DNA of 64,000 nucleotides, from contig NC_042999.1 of the NCBI RefSeq assembly GCF_006345805.1, forward strand, positions 67,332,001 through 67,396,000. The letters run 5' to 3'. The notes beneath the pieces are model-generated. The model saw only the letters and a list, made by a program, of their open reading frames with translations. It was not told the DNA's origin and searched no databases. The translations under genes and the position numbers were made by a program. Below, one piece after another: positions 12,381 through 25,931 of the stretch; position 1 is the stretch's first letter; each line of letters opens with the position of its first letter. Origin of the DNA: Octopus sinensis (taxonomy: Eukaryota).

Positions 12381-12800
12381 TAATTTTTAATTAATAATAG
12401 AAGGGTAAAATTTATTAATTAGATTAATTAAATAATTAATCAATTAATTAACAATTTTACCAAGTAGATCGGTACGTTAAAATAACCTTTATAGGTAAAA
12501 TTATCCACATAATTATAATTAGGGTTCAGCTAACTGCTTCACCACATACCGAACTTAGAAATGGGAGTTAAAATTCCCTTTCTGCTACTATAAGAATCTC
12601 CATGACGGTAAACATAGTTTTTTAGTCATGGAGATTCTTATATATATATAATATATATAACAAATTAAATGGGTGGCTTATTAGCAATTTTAACCAAAAG
12701 ATAAAATTAATAAGTAAAAAAAGAGACAGAGGGTACAGACCAGCACCACTATTGTTGGAAATAAGAGTTAAAACAACTCAAAAACCACAAAGCACTATCT
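12381..12800 (-). mobile_element. Rearranged copy of the AT-rich repeat family at 50637-51370
   Basis: Reverse complement matches 50780-50990 (ggaattttaactc..tatgtggtgaagc..acctataaaggttattttaacgtaccgatctactt). Contains an 18-bp fold-back (12589-12606 / 12625-12642). Confidence 0.7.
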
Positions 12801-12807
12801 GAATGAG

Positions 12808-13065
12808 TGGAGGCGCGTGGCTTAGTGGTTAGGGTGTCAGCATCATGATCATAAGATTGTGGTTTCGATTCCTGGACCGGGCGAAGCGTTGTGTTCTTGA
12901 GCAAAACACTTCACTTCACGTTGCTCTAGTCCACTCAGCTGGCAAAAATGAATAACGTTGCGATGGACTGGCGTCCCGTCCAGCTGGGGGGACACATACG
13001 TCATAGAAACCGGGAAGCCGGGCCCATGAGCCTGGCTAGGCTTGAAAAGGGCGCATAAATAAATA
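12808..13065 (+). mobile_element. tRNA-headed SINE with V/HE1-like central-tail segment
   Basis: GGAGGCGCGTGGCTTAGTGGTTAGGG..GGTTTCGATTCCTGG head, then GCGATGGACTGGCGTCCCGTCCAG, similar to V-SINE/L2 tails (from memory). A head-only copy is at ~44875-44945. Confidence 0.7.
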
Positions 13066-13418
13066 AAATAATATATATACATACACACATATATTCTTTT
13101 TCTTTTATTTCTTACAGTCATTCGACTGCGACCATTCTGGAGCACCGCCTTTAGTCGAACAAATCAACCCCAGGACTTATTCTTTGTAAGCCTAGTTCTT
13201 ATTCTATCGGTTCATTTTGCCGAACCGCTAAGTTACGGGGTCGTAATCACACCAGCATCGGTTGTCAAGCAAAATAATTAAGATTCAGATGAATTAGGTA
13301 TTTAAATGTAGGCATCAAGCCAGTTTGATGTAACCCGCGCAGCTCGAAGTTAGGTGAATAAAAAGCAAACAAGTTACAAGGATGTCCAGCTACGTGGACA
13401 TCCTTGTAACTTATCTTG

Positions 13419-13481
<63 letters not shown>

Positions 13482-13559
13482 CATGTAGATGTACACATAT
13501 TCGTCGTTTCAGTCAGTTTTATTCAGTTCACAAGATCACTGGTCATAACCCCAAACTAA

Positions 13560-13805
13560 TTTCTATTCATTTCTTTTCTTTACTACCCACAAAGGGGCTA
13601 TACATAGAGGGAACAAACAAGGACAGACAAACGGATTAAGTAGATTACATCGACCCCCAGTGCGTAACTGGTACTTATTTAATCGACCCCGAAGGTATAA
13701 AAGGCAAAGTCGACCTCGGTGGAATTTGACCTCAGAACGTAGCGGCAGACGAAATACCGCTACGCATTTCGCCCGGCGTGCTAACGATTCTGCCAGCTCG
13801 CCAAA
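13560..13805 (-). mobile_element. SINE family B, Tx1-like tail variant
   Basis: Head GGCGAGCTGGCAGAATCGTTAGCACG..GTTCTGAGGTCAAATTCC, central CCGAGGTCGACTTTGCCTTT..GGGGTCGAT, tail ..AGCCCCTTTGTGGGTAGTAAAGA. Confidence 0.9.
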
Positions 13806-15499
13806 CTAATTTCTAATTAATCGTAAAGCACTCTCAGGCATACATGTCATGGTTACAGGAAAGGTACCAATAGAAAGGTCGAGTTAACGAACGGTGCTTT
13901 ATATTGTCTATTGATCTACTTGAAACAGCTATCATATCCTCCGAAATGACTTATTCTTAATTCCATAAGTATGGCTTTTCCAATTGGAACATAAACGACT
14001 GGTCTTTTATAAATGCTAGCTGCTATGTTTGAGTTTCGTGGAGTTTACAGTAAGTCGTTGGGGTTCATTCTCTCGGCTGTTTTTAAGTTATGTACTCCGC
14101 ACCGAATGAAGCATTGGCTTTATGACTCACTGTGTCTCATATTGAGATATTTATTAATGTGTCACTCTAACAACTCCAGATACTGTTTCATCCCACCAGT
14201 AAAAGAATCAAAACAACAACGACAATAATACATAAATAGACAAATAAATATTAAAAAAATTGTTTGCATTTAATTAGCAGCAATCAATTTCTGGAAAAGC
14301 ATATCTATGCTGATAGAAAACAAAAAATTGAATAAAATAATAGGAAACGGAGGGCGAAAATGAATTAGCTTTTGTGTCTATTTTATTTCTTTTTAGTAAA
14401 ATTTATGAAAAATAACAAAAACGATTACATTTTCTGTTTTTTTTTTGTTGTTTTTGTTTTTTTTTTGCATCGATGTACCCACTCGGCTTGTCGCATCTAA
14501 TAGCTCCCTGTTTATTTTATTCATCACAACCATTAGGAATCGATTTGTGAGGGCAAAATTGTCTGTGGCCTTTGACATATAAGCAACACGCTAAATATTT
14601 TGGCTTCAACCAGCCAAGACGATAAAGCGACAAAGATATAAATTCGACCATTCACGTGCTAGGAGTGATATCTTAAAGGTCAACTATGAAATTATCATCA
14701 CATGCATTCATTGGAAGACAGAGAAGAAAAATACTACAAATAATACATTAAAAAAAGAAAGAAAGAGAGAAAGAAAGAATGAATGAAAGAGAGAAAGAAA
14801 GAGAGAAAGAATGAAAGAAAAATCATAATAAAAGCAAAATGATTTATGGAGACGTCTGGTAACATTTAGAAATCCATAGTCAGTCACAAAGGAACATATT
14901 AAGCGGGGTAAAAATGTTTTTTATGCGATTGGAAATATGGGAAAGCATAAGATCTCTAATGAATGTTTAGGTCTATAGAGAATTACAATACTAATTTTCC
15001 AAAGAGGATTGCAACTTGGAAATAAAGAGGAATCAGCTAGAAAAGATAATCACAGATTCTGTCGTCAGGTCACAACAATCATCTGTGTTCCATTAACCTT
15101 TTACGGCCGATTAGAGGTGCTACTAAGGAAATATTTCTGTGGGTGTTTTCACAAGAATCCGGTACCCGTCACTGCTATAAGTTGATTAAAAACCGAGAAA
15201 TGCTTTGGATTGATTCAATCTCAGAAGTGCAATCGTTTAGATCCATTATTTTATTTGCATGGTTAGTTTCGTACTAATAAATTTACTTACTCTTTTTCTG
15301 TTTTTCTTTTAATTTTCAGTAGTAGAGTCAGAAGGGTGGGTCAGCGTCGGTGTTCTCTTTTTCTGAGAGAAGCGGGGCTGGAAGTTATCCTCAAACCGAA
15401 AGAACTGGCCTGAATGCTTAAAACAGACTGAGCTCTGCTAAATGATACCAAGAGTCCAGGTGGTGGTGATGGTGGCGATTTTGAACCAGGCGATTGATT

Positions 15500-15720
15500 A
15501 AATATCCTTTCTACAATATGAACAAGGTCTAAAATTCTAGGGGAGGGAGCTGGTCGATTACATCCATCCCAATGTTCGCCTGGTATTTAATTCATCGATC
15601 CTGAAAGGATGAAAGGCAAAGTCGACCTCGGCAGATTTTGAACTCAGAAAGTAAAGACGGGCGAAATGCTGCTAAGCATTTTGTCCGGCATGCTAACGAT
15701 TCTTCCATCTCACCATGGAT
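15500..15720 (-). mobile_element. SINE family B copy (a further degenerate copy follows at ~15820-16085)
   Basis: Same central motif gaaaggatgaaaggcaaagtcgacctcggcagattttgaactcagaa. Confidence 0.85.
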
Positions 15721-16129
15721 TAAATGTGTGTGCGTATGTGTGTGTGTGTGTGTGTTACACTCACATACGAATATTTTAGACACACACAAGCCATGGATTA
15801 AATACAGAGCATCAAAACAATAGCAGTTCATCGAACAGGGTAGTACTTTATTTGATTGACCCCAAAAGGATGGAAAACCAAAAATAATGAGAAGAGGGGA
15901 TTCTTTGATCCCATCAACCCCAGTACTTGACTTGCATTTTATTTTATCGATCCCCACCAACGAAAGGGTGATAGACAAATCTGACCTTCACGGAAGTTGA
16001 AATCAAAACGTAAAAAGCTGGACTGAAAACCGCGAAACAAGTTTTTCCGACGCTCTGCCGATTCTGCCAACACACTGCCTTGAGAGGGTTTATAATGAAA
16101 GCATTAAAGTTAAATCATTGCTATCGTTT

Positions 16130-16545
16130 ATTTTTATCCTTTGTCTTTTTCCCGTTTCAGTCATTGGATTGCGGCCATGCTGGGGCAACGCATTGAATAA
16201 TTTTAGTCGAATGAATCGACCCTTCTACTTATTCTTTTGTAAAAACAACACCGATTGCCAAGCGGTGTTGAGGGACACACACACACACACACATATACAC
16301 ACATACACACGTACACGTACACACACACGCATACACACACAAGCGCACGCGCGCACACACACACATATGTATACGGCGAGCTTCTTTCAGTTTCCGTCTG
16401 CCAAATTCACTAAATCCACTCTCAAGGCTTTGGTCGGACCAAAGTTATAATAGAAAACACTAACTCAAAGTGCCACACTGTGGAACTGAACTCGGAACCA
16501 TGTGGCTTGTGGTTGTGAAGCAAACTTCTTACCACACAGCCACAT
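16130..16545 (-). mobile_element. SINE family A, internally deleted
   Basis: Both modules are recognisable; the internal repeat here is (AC)n. Confidence 0.8.
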
Positions 16546-16717
16546 CTGAAATCATTACTAGATTTAGATGAAGGGAAGTCCCTTGGCTATTCCATTTGTG
16601 AGCCCCTCACCCTTGTCATGGGCACCAAATGCCTCATGACACCGTCAAAAATGCAGGGTGGGCCTAAAGTCAGTCACAAAATAAGTCAAATAGGCTCCGG
16701 AATTGTCAAAGGCATAC

Positions 16718-16956
16718 TCTTACTCTTTACTCTTTTACATGTTTCAGTCATTTGACTGTGGCCATGCTGGAGCACCACCTTTTTAGTCGAGCAAATCGAC
16801 CCCAGGACTTATTCTTTGTAAGCCTAGTACTTATACTATCGGTCTCTTTTGCCAAACCGCTAAGTTACGGGGACGTAAACACACCAGCATCGGTTGTCAA
16901 GCGATGTTGGGGGCACAACCAAACACAGACACACAACACACATACTATACATAATA

Positions 16957-16999
<43 letters not shown>

Positions 17000-17245
17000 T
17001 ATCATAGCTCATTTTAATCATCGAGTACATGTGTATTCATCATAAGAAGCCCGTCGTATATATATAATATATACATATATACGACGGGCTTCTTTCAGTT
17101 TCCGTCTACAAAATCCACTCACAAGGCTTTGGTCGGCCCGAGGCTATAGTAGAAGACACTTGCCCAAGATGCCACGCAGTGAGACTGAACCCGGAACCAT
17201 GTGGTTGGTAAGCAAGCTACTTACCACACAGCCACTCCTACGCCT
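16718..17245 (-). mobile_element. SINE family A, full copy with templated insertions in its internal microsatellite
   Basis: Both modules are intact. Inverted inserts lie at 16999-17062. Confidence 0.9.
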
Positions 17246-17444
17246 ATATGCTTCAATTTTTCTAAAAGTGAATAAAATTATGATGAATACACATGTACTC
17301 GATGATTAAAATGAGCTATGATAATGATTTATCGATCCCGAAAGGAGGAAAAGTAAAGTCGACCTCGGAGGAATTTGAACTCAGGAGATAAAGACGAACG
17401 AAATTCCGCCAAGGCAACACGAACGTCCTCTCAACGATTAGCCA

Positions 17445-17762
17445 GAGATGATTTTTAAAATGGGAATATCTGAAATAAACTCGACTGCTCTTACAAATGA
17501 AAATACAAAAATGAACCCGACCGCTCTCAAAAGTTAAGTAAAAGAACCAAAAAAAACAAACAAAAAAAACGGAAAAATAATCCAGGATCCTTGTCCGGTA
17601 CCGGATTGGTACCAAAATCTAATCAGTTCGTGCCAGTCACGAGGTTAAATATCCCTGAAAGTTTCAATCGAATCCATCTAGTAGTTCTTGAGATATCTTG
17701 TCCACGGACAAACAAACACGACTGAAAACAATACCTCCGCCTTCGCTAAAGCGGGGATAATG
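17445..17762 (+). mobile_element. Helentron-associated (HINE/DINE-1-like) non-autonomous element
   Basis: GGATCC...CCAAAATCTAATCAG...ACAAACAAACACG..TGAAAACAATACCTCCGCC..GCGGGGATAAT, with a terminal palindrome of the kind seen in this element class (from memory). Confidence 0.45.
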
Positions 17763-17867
17763 ACACAATACAAATAAAAAGTCCAACGTTTTGGAGCGTA
17801 ACTTTTGGCCCATCCTGTATTATATATTTTGGCTAGGGACCACTAGATTTTGGGGCTCTTTGTTTCT

Positions 17868-18475
17868 TATTTCTTTATTACCCACAAGGGGCTAAAATCT
17901 TAGTGGGGAGAAACAAGGACAGGTAAAAAGGGATTAAATCGATTACATCGACCCCAGTGCGTAACTGGTACTTAATTTATCGACCCCGAAAAGATGAAAG
18001 GCAAAGTCAACCTCGGCGGAATTTGAACTCAGAACGTAGCGGCAGACGAAATACCTATTCCTTTACTATCCACAAGGGGCTAAACACAGGGAGGACAAAC
18101 AAGAACAGACAAATGGATTAAGTCGATTACATCGACCTCAGTGCGTAACTGGTACTTAATTTATCGACCCCGAAAAGATGAAAGGCAAAAAAGTCAACCT
18201 CGGCAGAATTTGAACTCAGATCGTAACGGTAGACGAAATATCTATTTCTTTACTACCCACAAGGGGCTAAACACAGAGAGGACAAACAAGAACAGACAAA
18301 TGGATTAAGTCGATTACATCGACCCCAGTGCGTAACTGGTGCTTAATTTATTGACCCCGAAAGTATGAAAGGCAAAGTAGACTTCGGCGGAATTTGAACT
18401 CAGAACGTAACGGCAGACGAAATACGGCTATGCATTTTGCCCGGCGTGCTAACCTTTCTGCCAGCTTGCCGTCAG
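17868..18475 (-). mobile_element. Head-to-tail triplet of SINE family B
   Basis: A ~185-bp body+tail unit repeats at ~17870, ~18057 and ~18245. Only the last unit carries the full head. Confidence 0.9.
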
Positions 18476-18939
18476 AGGCTCTTTGTTTCTGACGACTAAA
18501 CCTGTAGGTAAATCGCGCATTGTTTGTATAACATCTCTGAAATCTGTTTTATTCGATTTCATACCGACTCAGCAGAGAATATTGACTGGACTTCAATAAA
18601 TAAGCTTCTTCCGTTATTGCCCTTGTTTTTCTTCTGTTGTGTACAATGTAATTTCTACGTTAACTTTTCAATCGTAGTAAATGTGGTGATATATTTACAC
18701 TACCGTCTTTATATATAGTTCTTGTGTGTGTGCGTGTGAGTGTGTTTTATTAATCTAGTGGTGTAATTTTAATCTAACCCTCTTTCTCCGCTGCTCGTTT
18801 ATCTATTTATTCTTATTCATTTAATTATTTACTTCTTTCAGAGTTTCTCTTTCTCTCGCTCTCTCTTCCTCTCTCTCTCTCTCACACTTTTATCTACAAC
18901 TCGCACATACACACACACACACACAGGCACACACGCGCG

Positions 18940-18971
<32 letters not shown>

Positions 18972-18974
<3 letters not shown>

Positions 18975-19143
18975 GCGCAGCATGTTGTGCGATAAGAAGT
19001 TTGCTTCCCAACCACATGGTTGCGGGTTAAATCCCATTGCGTGGAACCTTGGGCAAGCGTTTTCTACTATAGCCTCAGGCCGACCCAAGCCTTGTAAGTA
19101 GATTTGGTAGATGGAAACTGAAAGAAACCCGTCGTATATATTA

Positions 19144-19179
<36 letters not shown>

Positions 19180-19394
19180 ATTTGTGTGTGTGTCTGTGTT
19201 TGTCCCCCCCACTATCGCTTGACAACCGACGCTGATGTATTTACGTCCCCGTAACTTAGCGGTTCGGCAAAAAGAGACCGATGGAATAAGTACTATACTT
19301 AGAAAAGAATGAGTGCCGGGGTCGATTTGTTCGACTACAGGCGGTACTCCAGCATGGGCGCAGTCAAATGATTGAAACAAGTTAAAGAATAAAA

Positions 19395-19396
<2 letters not shown>
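18972..19396 (+). mobile_element. SINE family A, full copy
   Basis: Both modules plus internal (TA)n(TG)n. Confidence 0.9.
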
Positions 19397-19436
<40 letters not shown>

Positions 19437-19955
19437 GTGTGTGTGTGCATATGTGTATAAGTATATATTTATGCGCATCGTCACCATGGTCATCACGATC
19501 AGCGCACGGCATTAGAAAAGGAAAAGGAAAGAAAATGTTATCCATTTAAACAAACACATCTTTCTTTATTTGCTCCTATTCTTGTGAGCACAACAGGTGT
19601 GGTATGTTTCGTAACTTAATATCGCAGCACAAATGCCCCATTGCCAAACATAAGACATAGGCTGATTTATGAATGATAAATTACGCAAAGACAAACTGTA
19701 AATGGTGCCAAACTCATTGCCAACTGACAAGCATAATTGGTTGGATTCGTTGACATTTTCGCCTATTTCTTGACGTTTAACGCGTTTCGGAATATATGCG
19801 GTAGTGTGTGAGTGCGAGTGCGCGTGTGTTATACATATGTGTACACACATATAGATATTTATGTAATATACACGTATACATATGTACACATACATACATA
19901 CATACATACATACATACATACTACATACATAATATATATATATATATATATAAGA

Positions 19956-19995
<40 letters not shown>

Positions 19996-20114
19996 CCAAA
20001 TGCACGCACATACACGTACACAAACAGGTATAAAAGATTGCAGATGTATAGATGTATGCATGTATGTGTATATACACACAAATTGCGTGCGCATACATAT
20101 ATAAATAAATAGAT

Positions 20115-20214
20115 NNNNNNNNNNNNNNNNNNNNNNNNNNNNNNNNNNNNNNNNNNNNNNNNNNNNNNNNNNNNNNNNNNNNNNNNNNNNNNNNNNNNNN
20201 NNNNNNNNNNNNNN
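20115..20214. other. Assembly gap (100 N)
   Basis: Exactly 100 Ns, a standard scaffolding placeholder. Confidence 1.
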
Positions 20215-20619
20215 AGCGCGTCGGATTCAATACCTCACCATACTTGTTTTGTTATCTAGCGCCCTGGGTTCAAATCATACCAAGGTCAACTTCGCCTTTT
20301 ATCATTTAGGGCTCGATAAAAAAAAAAGTAGCAATCCCGAGCGGTGGATTGTCGAAACTCTTAGAACGTTGGATAGGGTACTTTGCAGTGTTTGATCCGG
20401 TGCTTTGTGTTCTGAGTTCAAATCTTGCTATGGCCGACATACGTCATAGACCAAATACATTAAATATTCTTAGAGGTATCGACTGGATGACTAGTATTCG
20501 GGCCAAGTCTCTGGTCTGAGAATAACTTCCTCTCTGTCTCTCACGTGTTTCGGAGGCCCTGTAAAGTGTTATAAGTACTGCTTTTCCTCTTGACTAAAAT
20601 CTTGAATCTTTAACTTGTT

Positions 20620-20849
20620 TCAGGTATTGGACTTTGTCTATGTTGGAGCACTGTCTCAAGTGTTTAGTCGAACAAATTTATCTTATTATTTACTTTAAAA
20701 AAACTAATACATATTCTATCGAACTCTTTTGCCGAACCGCTTTGTTACGGAGACATAAACACACCAGCGTCGGTTGTCAAGCAGTGCAGAGGCGGTGGGA
20801 CAACCACAAACATAAAGACATTCATGCACATTTCTATACGTGCGCATGA

Positions 20850-20899
<50 letters not shown>

Positions 20900-20936
20900 G
20901 TGTGTGTGTGTATAATTATTTATATATATATATATA

Positions 20937-20983
<47 letters not shown>

Positions 20984-21125
20984 GAGGATTCCCCAGTTTC
21001 CGTCTGCCAAATCCACTCACTAGGCAGCCCGAGAATACAATAGAAGACACTCGCCCAATGTGCCTCGCACTGAAACTGAACTCGATACCACGTTGTTGTA
21101 AAGTGAACTTCTTCACCACATAACC
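20620..21125 (-). mobile_element. SINE family A, degenerate full copy
   Basis: Both modules are recognisable. Further partial copies: 8226-8340, 13105-13270, 22102-22290, 23730-23940, 35100-35310, 38712-38830, 43535-43650, 50420-50620. Confidence 0.75.
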
Positions 21126-21666
21126 ATTTCACATATGATAAAACAAAATTCTGGGCCGGGTGAAATGCCTTGTTCTAGAGATCAGTATACTTTAATTTTC
21201 CATTGCATACACATTTCGCCAAGATTTTTGCATCAGAATACAAACACACAACATGTACTAAATATTACATATGTATTTTCTATGAAAAATGAACTTAATT
21301 ATCGGTTATGTTTTTCTTCCCTTGATTTAAAGTTTCTTATACAAATAAATATCCGTAAAACGTGATTTATGACTGTCACAGATCGGCTAATGCTTTTGTC
21401 GTCGCCGTCAGAAGACTGTAACTCTAATGCATAATGGATACACACACACGCATACGCGCGTGTGTGTGTGTGTGTGTGTCAGCGTGCGAGTGCGCGCGCG
21501 AGCGTATATATATACATATATACACGTGTGTGCGTATATATATACATATATATAGTTAATCAAACAAGAAAGCACAAAAAAACACAACGCGAGGACGTGG
21601 AACAAATATAGTATTATATATACACACACATACATACACACTTGCATACATATATATGTATATATA

Positions 21667-21718
<52 letters not shown>

Positions 21719-22018
21719 TTATATATATATAATATATATATATATATGCGTATGCATATGTATCTATATCTAAATGTATACACATATATATGTAAGTATA
21801 TTTGCATGCATCTGTGTATATATAAGCATACCCAGACATACTCCATGCATATCTATGTATGTGCATACATGCAAGCATTCACAAATGCACATATGTATAT
21901 ATACAAATACAGGTCTATCTAACGCTCTATCTATTACACACACACACACACACACCATATATATACACACACAGATACATACACACACATACATACACGC
22001 ACACACATACACACACAC

Positions 22019-22088
<70 letters not shown>

Positions 22089-22307
22089 ATATAAGCATAT
22101 ACTCTTTTACTTGTTTCACTCATTTGACTGCGGCCATGCTGGTGCACCGCGTTTAGTCCAACAAATCGACCCCAGGACTTAATCTTTGTAAGTCTAGTAC
22201 TTATTATCTCGAGCTCTTTTCCGAACCACTAAGTTACGGGGACATAAACACACCAACATCGGTTGCCAAGTGATGTTGGCGCGACACACAAACACATACA
22301 CACACAT

Positions 22308-22369
<62 letters not shown>

Positions 22370-22415
22370 ATATATATATATATATTATATATGTATATAT
22401 ATATATATATACAGG

Positions 22416-22451
<36 letters not shown>

Positions 22452-22456
22452 CAACA

Positions 22457-22511
<55 letters not shown>

Positions 22512-22922
22512 GCACATATATATAAACGTATATATACATACATACACAAACACACACACACACACATATATATATATACGCATAGATATACATACACACA
22601 TTTTCCTGCAAGAGACATTTAACTTTCATAAAACGAAAATAAATCTTAATATAAGTTACATAATATCTCGATAAATCAAAGTATTCTTTTCCCTAACTGA
22701 CGTGTCCTGTTCCTCGAAAACAATAATAAAAAATATTATAGAAATGAAATTAAAACAATCAAAAACATACATAAATACGTAAGCTATGGAAAGAAAGACA
22801 TCACTCTCATTGCTCTTAAATTCTCTTAAAAACACTAAAACACTTATACATAAAATCCCTAATGTATGTACAACTGACGAGGAACATATTTCCAGCTGAT
22901 GGTCCACATATCCTAATTTCAG

Positions 22923-22960
<38 letters not shown>

Positions 22961-23010
22961 TATACATATATATTATACACACACACACCACACAACACAC
23001 ACACATATAT

Positions 23011-23084
<74 letters not shown>

Positions 23085-23994
23085 GCCAAAATACGCCAGC
23101 TAAACTTGTACTGTTTATTAGTCGTAAGACCCCGCTGTTTTTGTCTTGTTTTTTACCAATTATTGTTTTTTGTATTTTATATTCGTGTGGCATCGTCCGT
23201 TTTTCTGTTCCTGTTTCGTATACATTCGATCCTTCTTCCAAGAAATCTAATGCTCGTAGCTTAGTTTTTCCTTGGGGCTGGCCGGTCTCAAGATTAATCA
23301 ACCGAAATTGCAACGATAATCCGGTTCTTGACTGAAGATTGAAGGCTTCGAATGTCCCGTCCGTGTTTTTTGTATCGTCTTCTAAATGTTTTACGTTGTT
23401 GTCCCAGTTTGTATCTTTCTACATAAAATTATATATATATATATATATGTAAAATCAAAATAAGCAACAAGGATATCCAGAGATAATGCAGTACGAGAGA
23501 TTACGTTGAATGTTAGTCGTTTACAGTTTCGCCTTACGTACAATAGGAAGGAATGGGGGTTCTGTTGTGTATTTTTTCGTCAATGCAAATAAAGGACACA
23601 AACGTGCGCGCACACAGATGCATGTATTTATATGTGCACGTGTGACTATGTAATATCTATGAGTGAGTGTGCGTGTGTGTGTTTGTGTACGTATGTATTA
23701 TGTAGGCCTGCATACTTAAATACATATATCTTTTACTTGCTTCAGTCATTTGACTGAAGCTATGATGGAACACCGCCTCGAAGGGATTTTTGTTGAACAA
23801 ATCGACCCCAGAAAATTTTTTGAGCCTAGTACTTATTCTATCGGAATCTTTCGCCGAACCGTTAAATTACTGGGGCGTAAACGCACCAACGCCGGTTGTC
23901 AGGCAGTGATGGGAGTGGGGCCAAACACAGACACAAAGATTCACACACACAGATATATATATATATATATTTGTTTATATGTATATATATATGT

Positions 23995-24230
23995 GACCTC
24001 GTGTGTACCGCTGGCGATTTTTTTCCTCTGTCTTCCCTTCTCTGGATCTTTCCTTCTCCTATGTTTCCGACGAAGAGCTCCGCTCGAAACGTTAAACCCT
24101 CCTTCTTTCCTTCTTTCCTGAGCGTCCAATAATACTATATTTGTTCCACGTCCTCGCGTTGTTGTGTTTTTTTGTGCTTTCTTGTTTGAATTAACTTTAT
24201 ATATATATGTATATATGTAGATATATATAT
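23995..24230 (+). mobile_element. Short hammerhead-motif element (family H2)
   Basis: GTTT-CCGACGA-A-GAGC-TCC-GCTC-GAAAC-GTT-AAAC at 24063-24097. Its 3' part recurs in reverse at ~21545-21615. Confidence 0.7.
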
Positions 24231-24248
24231 ATATCGATTTCACTGGTG

Positions 24249-24899
24249 GGAAATCGATGTTAATTAAATTAATATCTAATTTCTCACCCTTATTTTAAAT
24301 TTAAATTTAAATTAATACGTTCTCTAACCGGCAAAGGCCACTGCAGTAAAGTATTTTCTGCAGCAGCATTTTTTACGGTAATTTAGCGCGCCAAAACGAG
24401 GACATTTGAAATAGTAACCACGAGTATAATGGGTAGAACTGTTTACAATTCTGACTTTGTGCGGACGTCCTAGTATGCAGTCCTGCAAATTAAATTCATC
24501 TGGACGGTCACACCGATGATCTACGGACATTTACGTAAGTAAAATTACGTAATATGTTCATAGTGAAACATGTATGTGAATAATCCATATTTTTATTGCT
24601 TTTTCTTTTATCTTACTCGATTACGTTTTGGTTGTTTTGCTAATCCGACGGTCAATCCGATCAACGGTGACGTACCATGAGAAACGAAGCCATGCATAAC
24701 GAACCGCGAACGAACCCGTGCTCGAGACCGTACGAACGAACCAAAGAGGACCGTCACATGCGACCACCAAACGAACCGTAGGCGAGGACGTCGTCCACGA
24801 CCCTCGTGAACCCCAGCATAGGGGTATATATGTATGTGTGTGTGTGCATATATATAATTCATGAGTTATTATTTAATTGAATGCGACGCATCGATTTCC
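24249..24899. mobile_element. Putative 650-bp TIR element with CpG-rich internal segment
   Basis: 11-bp perfect inverted ends GGAAATCGATG (24249-24259) / CATCGATTTCC (24889-24899), with internal ACGAACC repeats. Confidence 0.35.
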
Positions 24900-24916
24900 G
24901 AGTAAGTATGTGTGTG

Positions 24917-24957
<41 letters not shown>

Positions 24958-25000
24958 GTGTGCGTGTGGGAGTGTGTGTGTGTGAGTGTGTGTATGTGTA

Positions 25001-25240
25001 CAGGTGGCCCAAAAGTCACTAGACAATTTTAAAATACAACTTTTCTACAATTAATCTCTTCAGGTACTTTGTTTTAGATACCGACATTTAATTCCACTTG
25101 AAAAACATGATTTTCAAAACTAATTTACAAGGCTTTCCAAGAAATTTATTATTGTTTGTAAAAGAATAAAAGTGAACGCTAAGCAAATAAAGCGGTCATC
25201 ATATTTTGAAATGGTCGGGTGAAATTCGGGCCATTCTATG
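25001..25240. mobile_element. Possible Tc1/mariner-type MITE relic
   Basis: Left end TA|CAGGTGGCCCAAAAGTCACT; weak right end GGGCCATTCTATG|TA. Confidence 0.3.
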
Positions 25241-25273
25241 TATATGGATACGTGTATATACATGTGTGTGTGT

Positions 25274-25317
<44 letters not shown>

Positions 25318-25476
25318 TCTACACATATACATATATGTAGTATATATGTATATAATACACACAAATACATATATATATATATATAGACAATATACATACA
25401 CATATATAGATGTATATTTTTTTACACACGCACACACATCAAAGAAGGAAGGAGAGAATAAGAGAGACAGAGAGAG

Positions 25477-25509
<33 letters not shown>

Positions 25510-25896
25510 CGGAGAGAGAGTGACGAAGAGGGAAAGGAGGAAAGAAAGAAAGAGATATAGATACCATTTACCCGCCCAAAATATTTCATAATTAACGTTA
25601 ATTGTTGTGAAGTGAACTAATCGCGCAATTAGCGCCATTAAAAAAAACTCACCATTATCTACCACAGTACTAGACGGTTACGCACCCCCACTTCACTAAC
25701 TCTCAATCTTTCTTTTTCACCCTCCTAGTTTTGTCTTATATTTTTCATACACACATTTAAGCACACACACACACAAATATATATTCATATCCATTTATAC
25801 ACACATACACACACACAAATACACACATATTTATGAGTGTGTGTGTATCCAGCTTGGCCGCAGTCAAATGACTGAAACAAGTAAAAGAATAAAAGA

Positions 25897-25931
<35 letters not shown>

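Noticed and set aside
14393-14578. Non-repetitive ORF MSKATDNFALTNRFLMVVMNKINRELL..
   Set aside because: No recognisable family, no convincing splice signals, and it ends in an A-rich low-complexity run.
15103-15120. piggyBac-like ends TTAA-CCTTTT (also TTAACCCTTTTTGCG at ~57409)
   Set aside because: No matching opposite terminus or transposase sequence was found.
17868-18475. Regularly spaced repeats resembling a CRISPR-like array (also 60552-61234)
   Set aside because: The units are long tandem copies with no unique spacers, the context is eukaryotic, and no cas genes are present.
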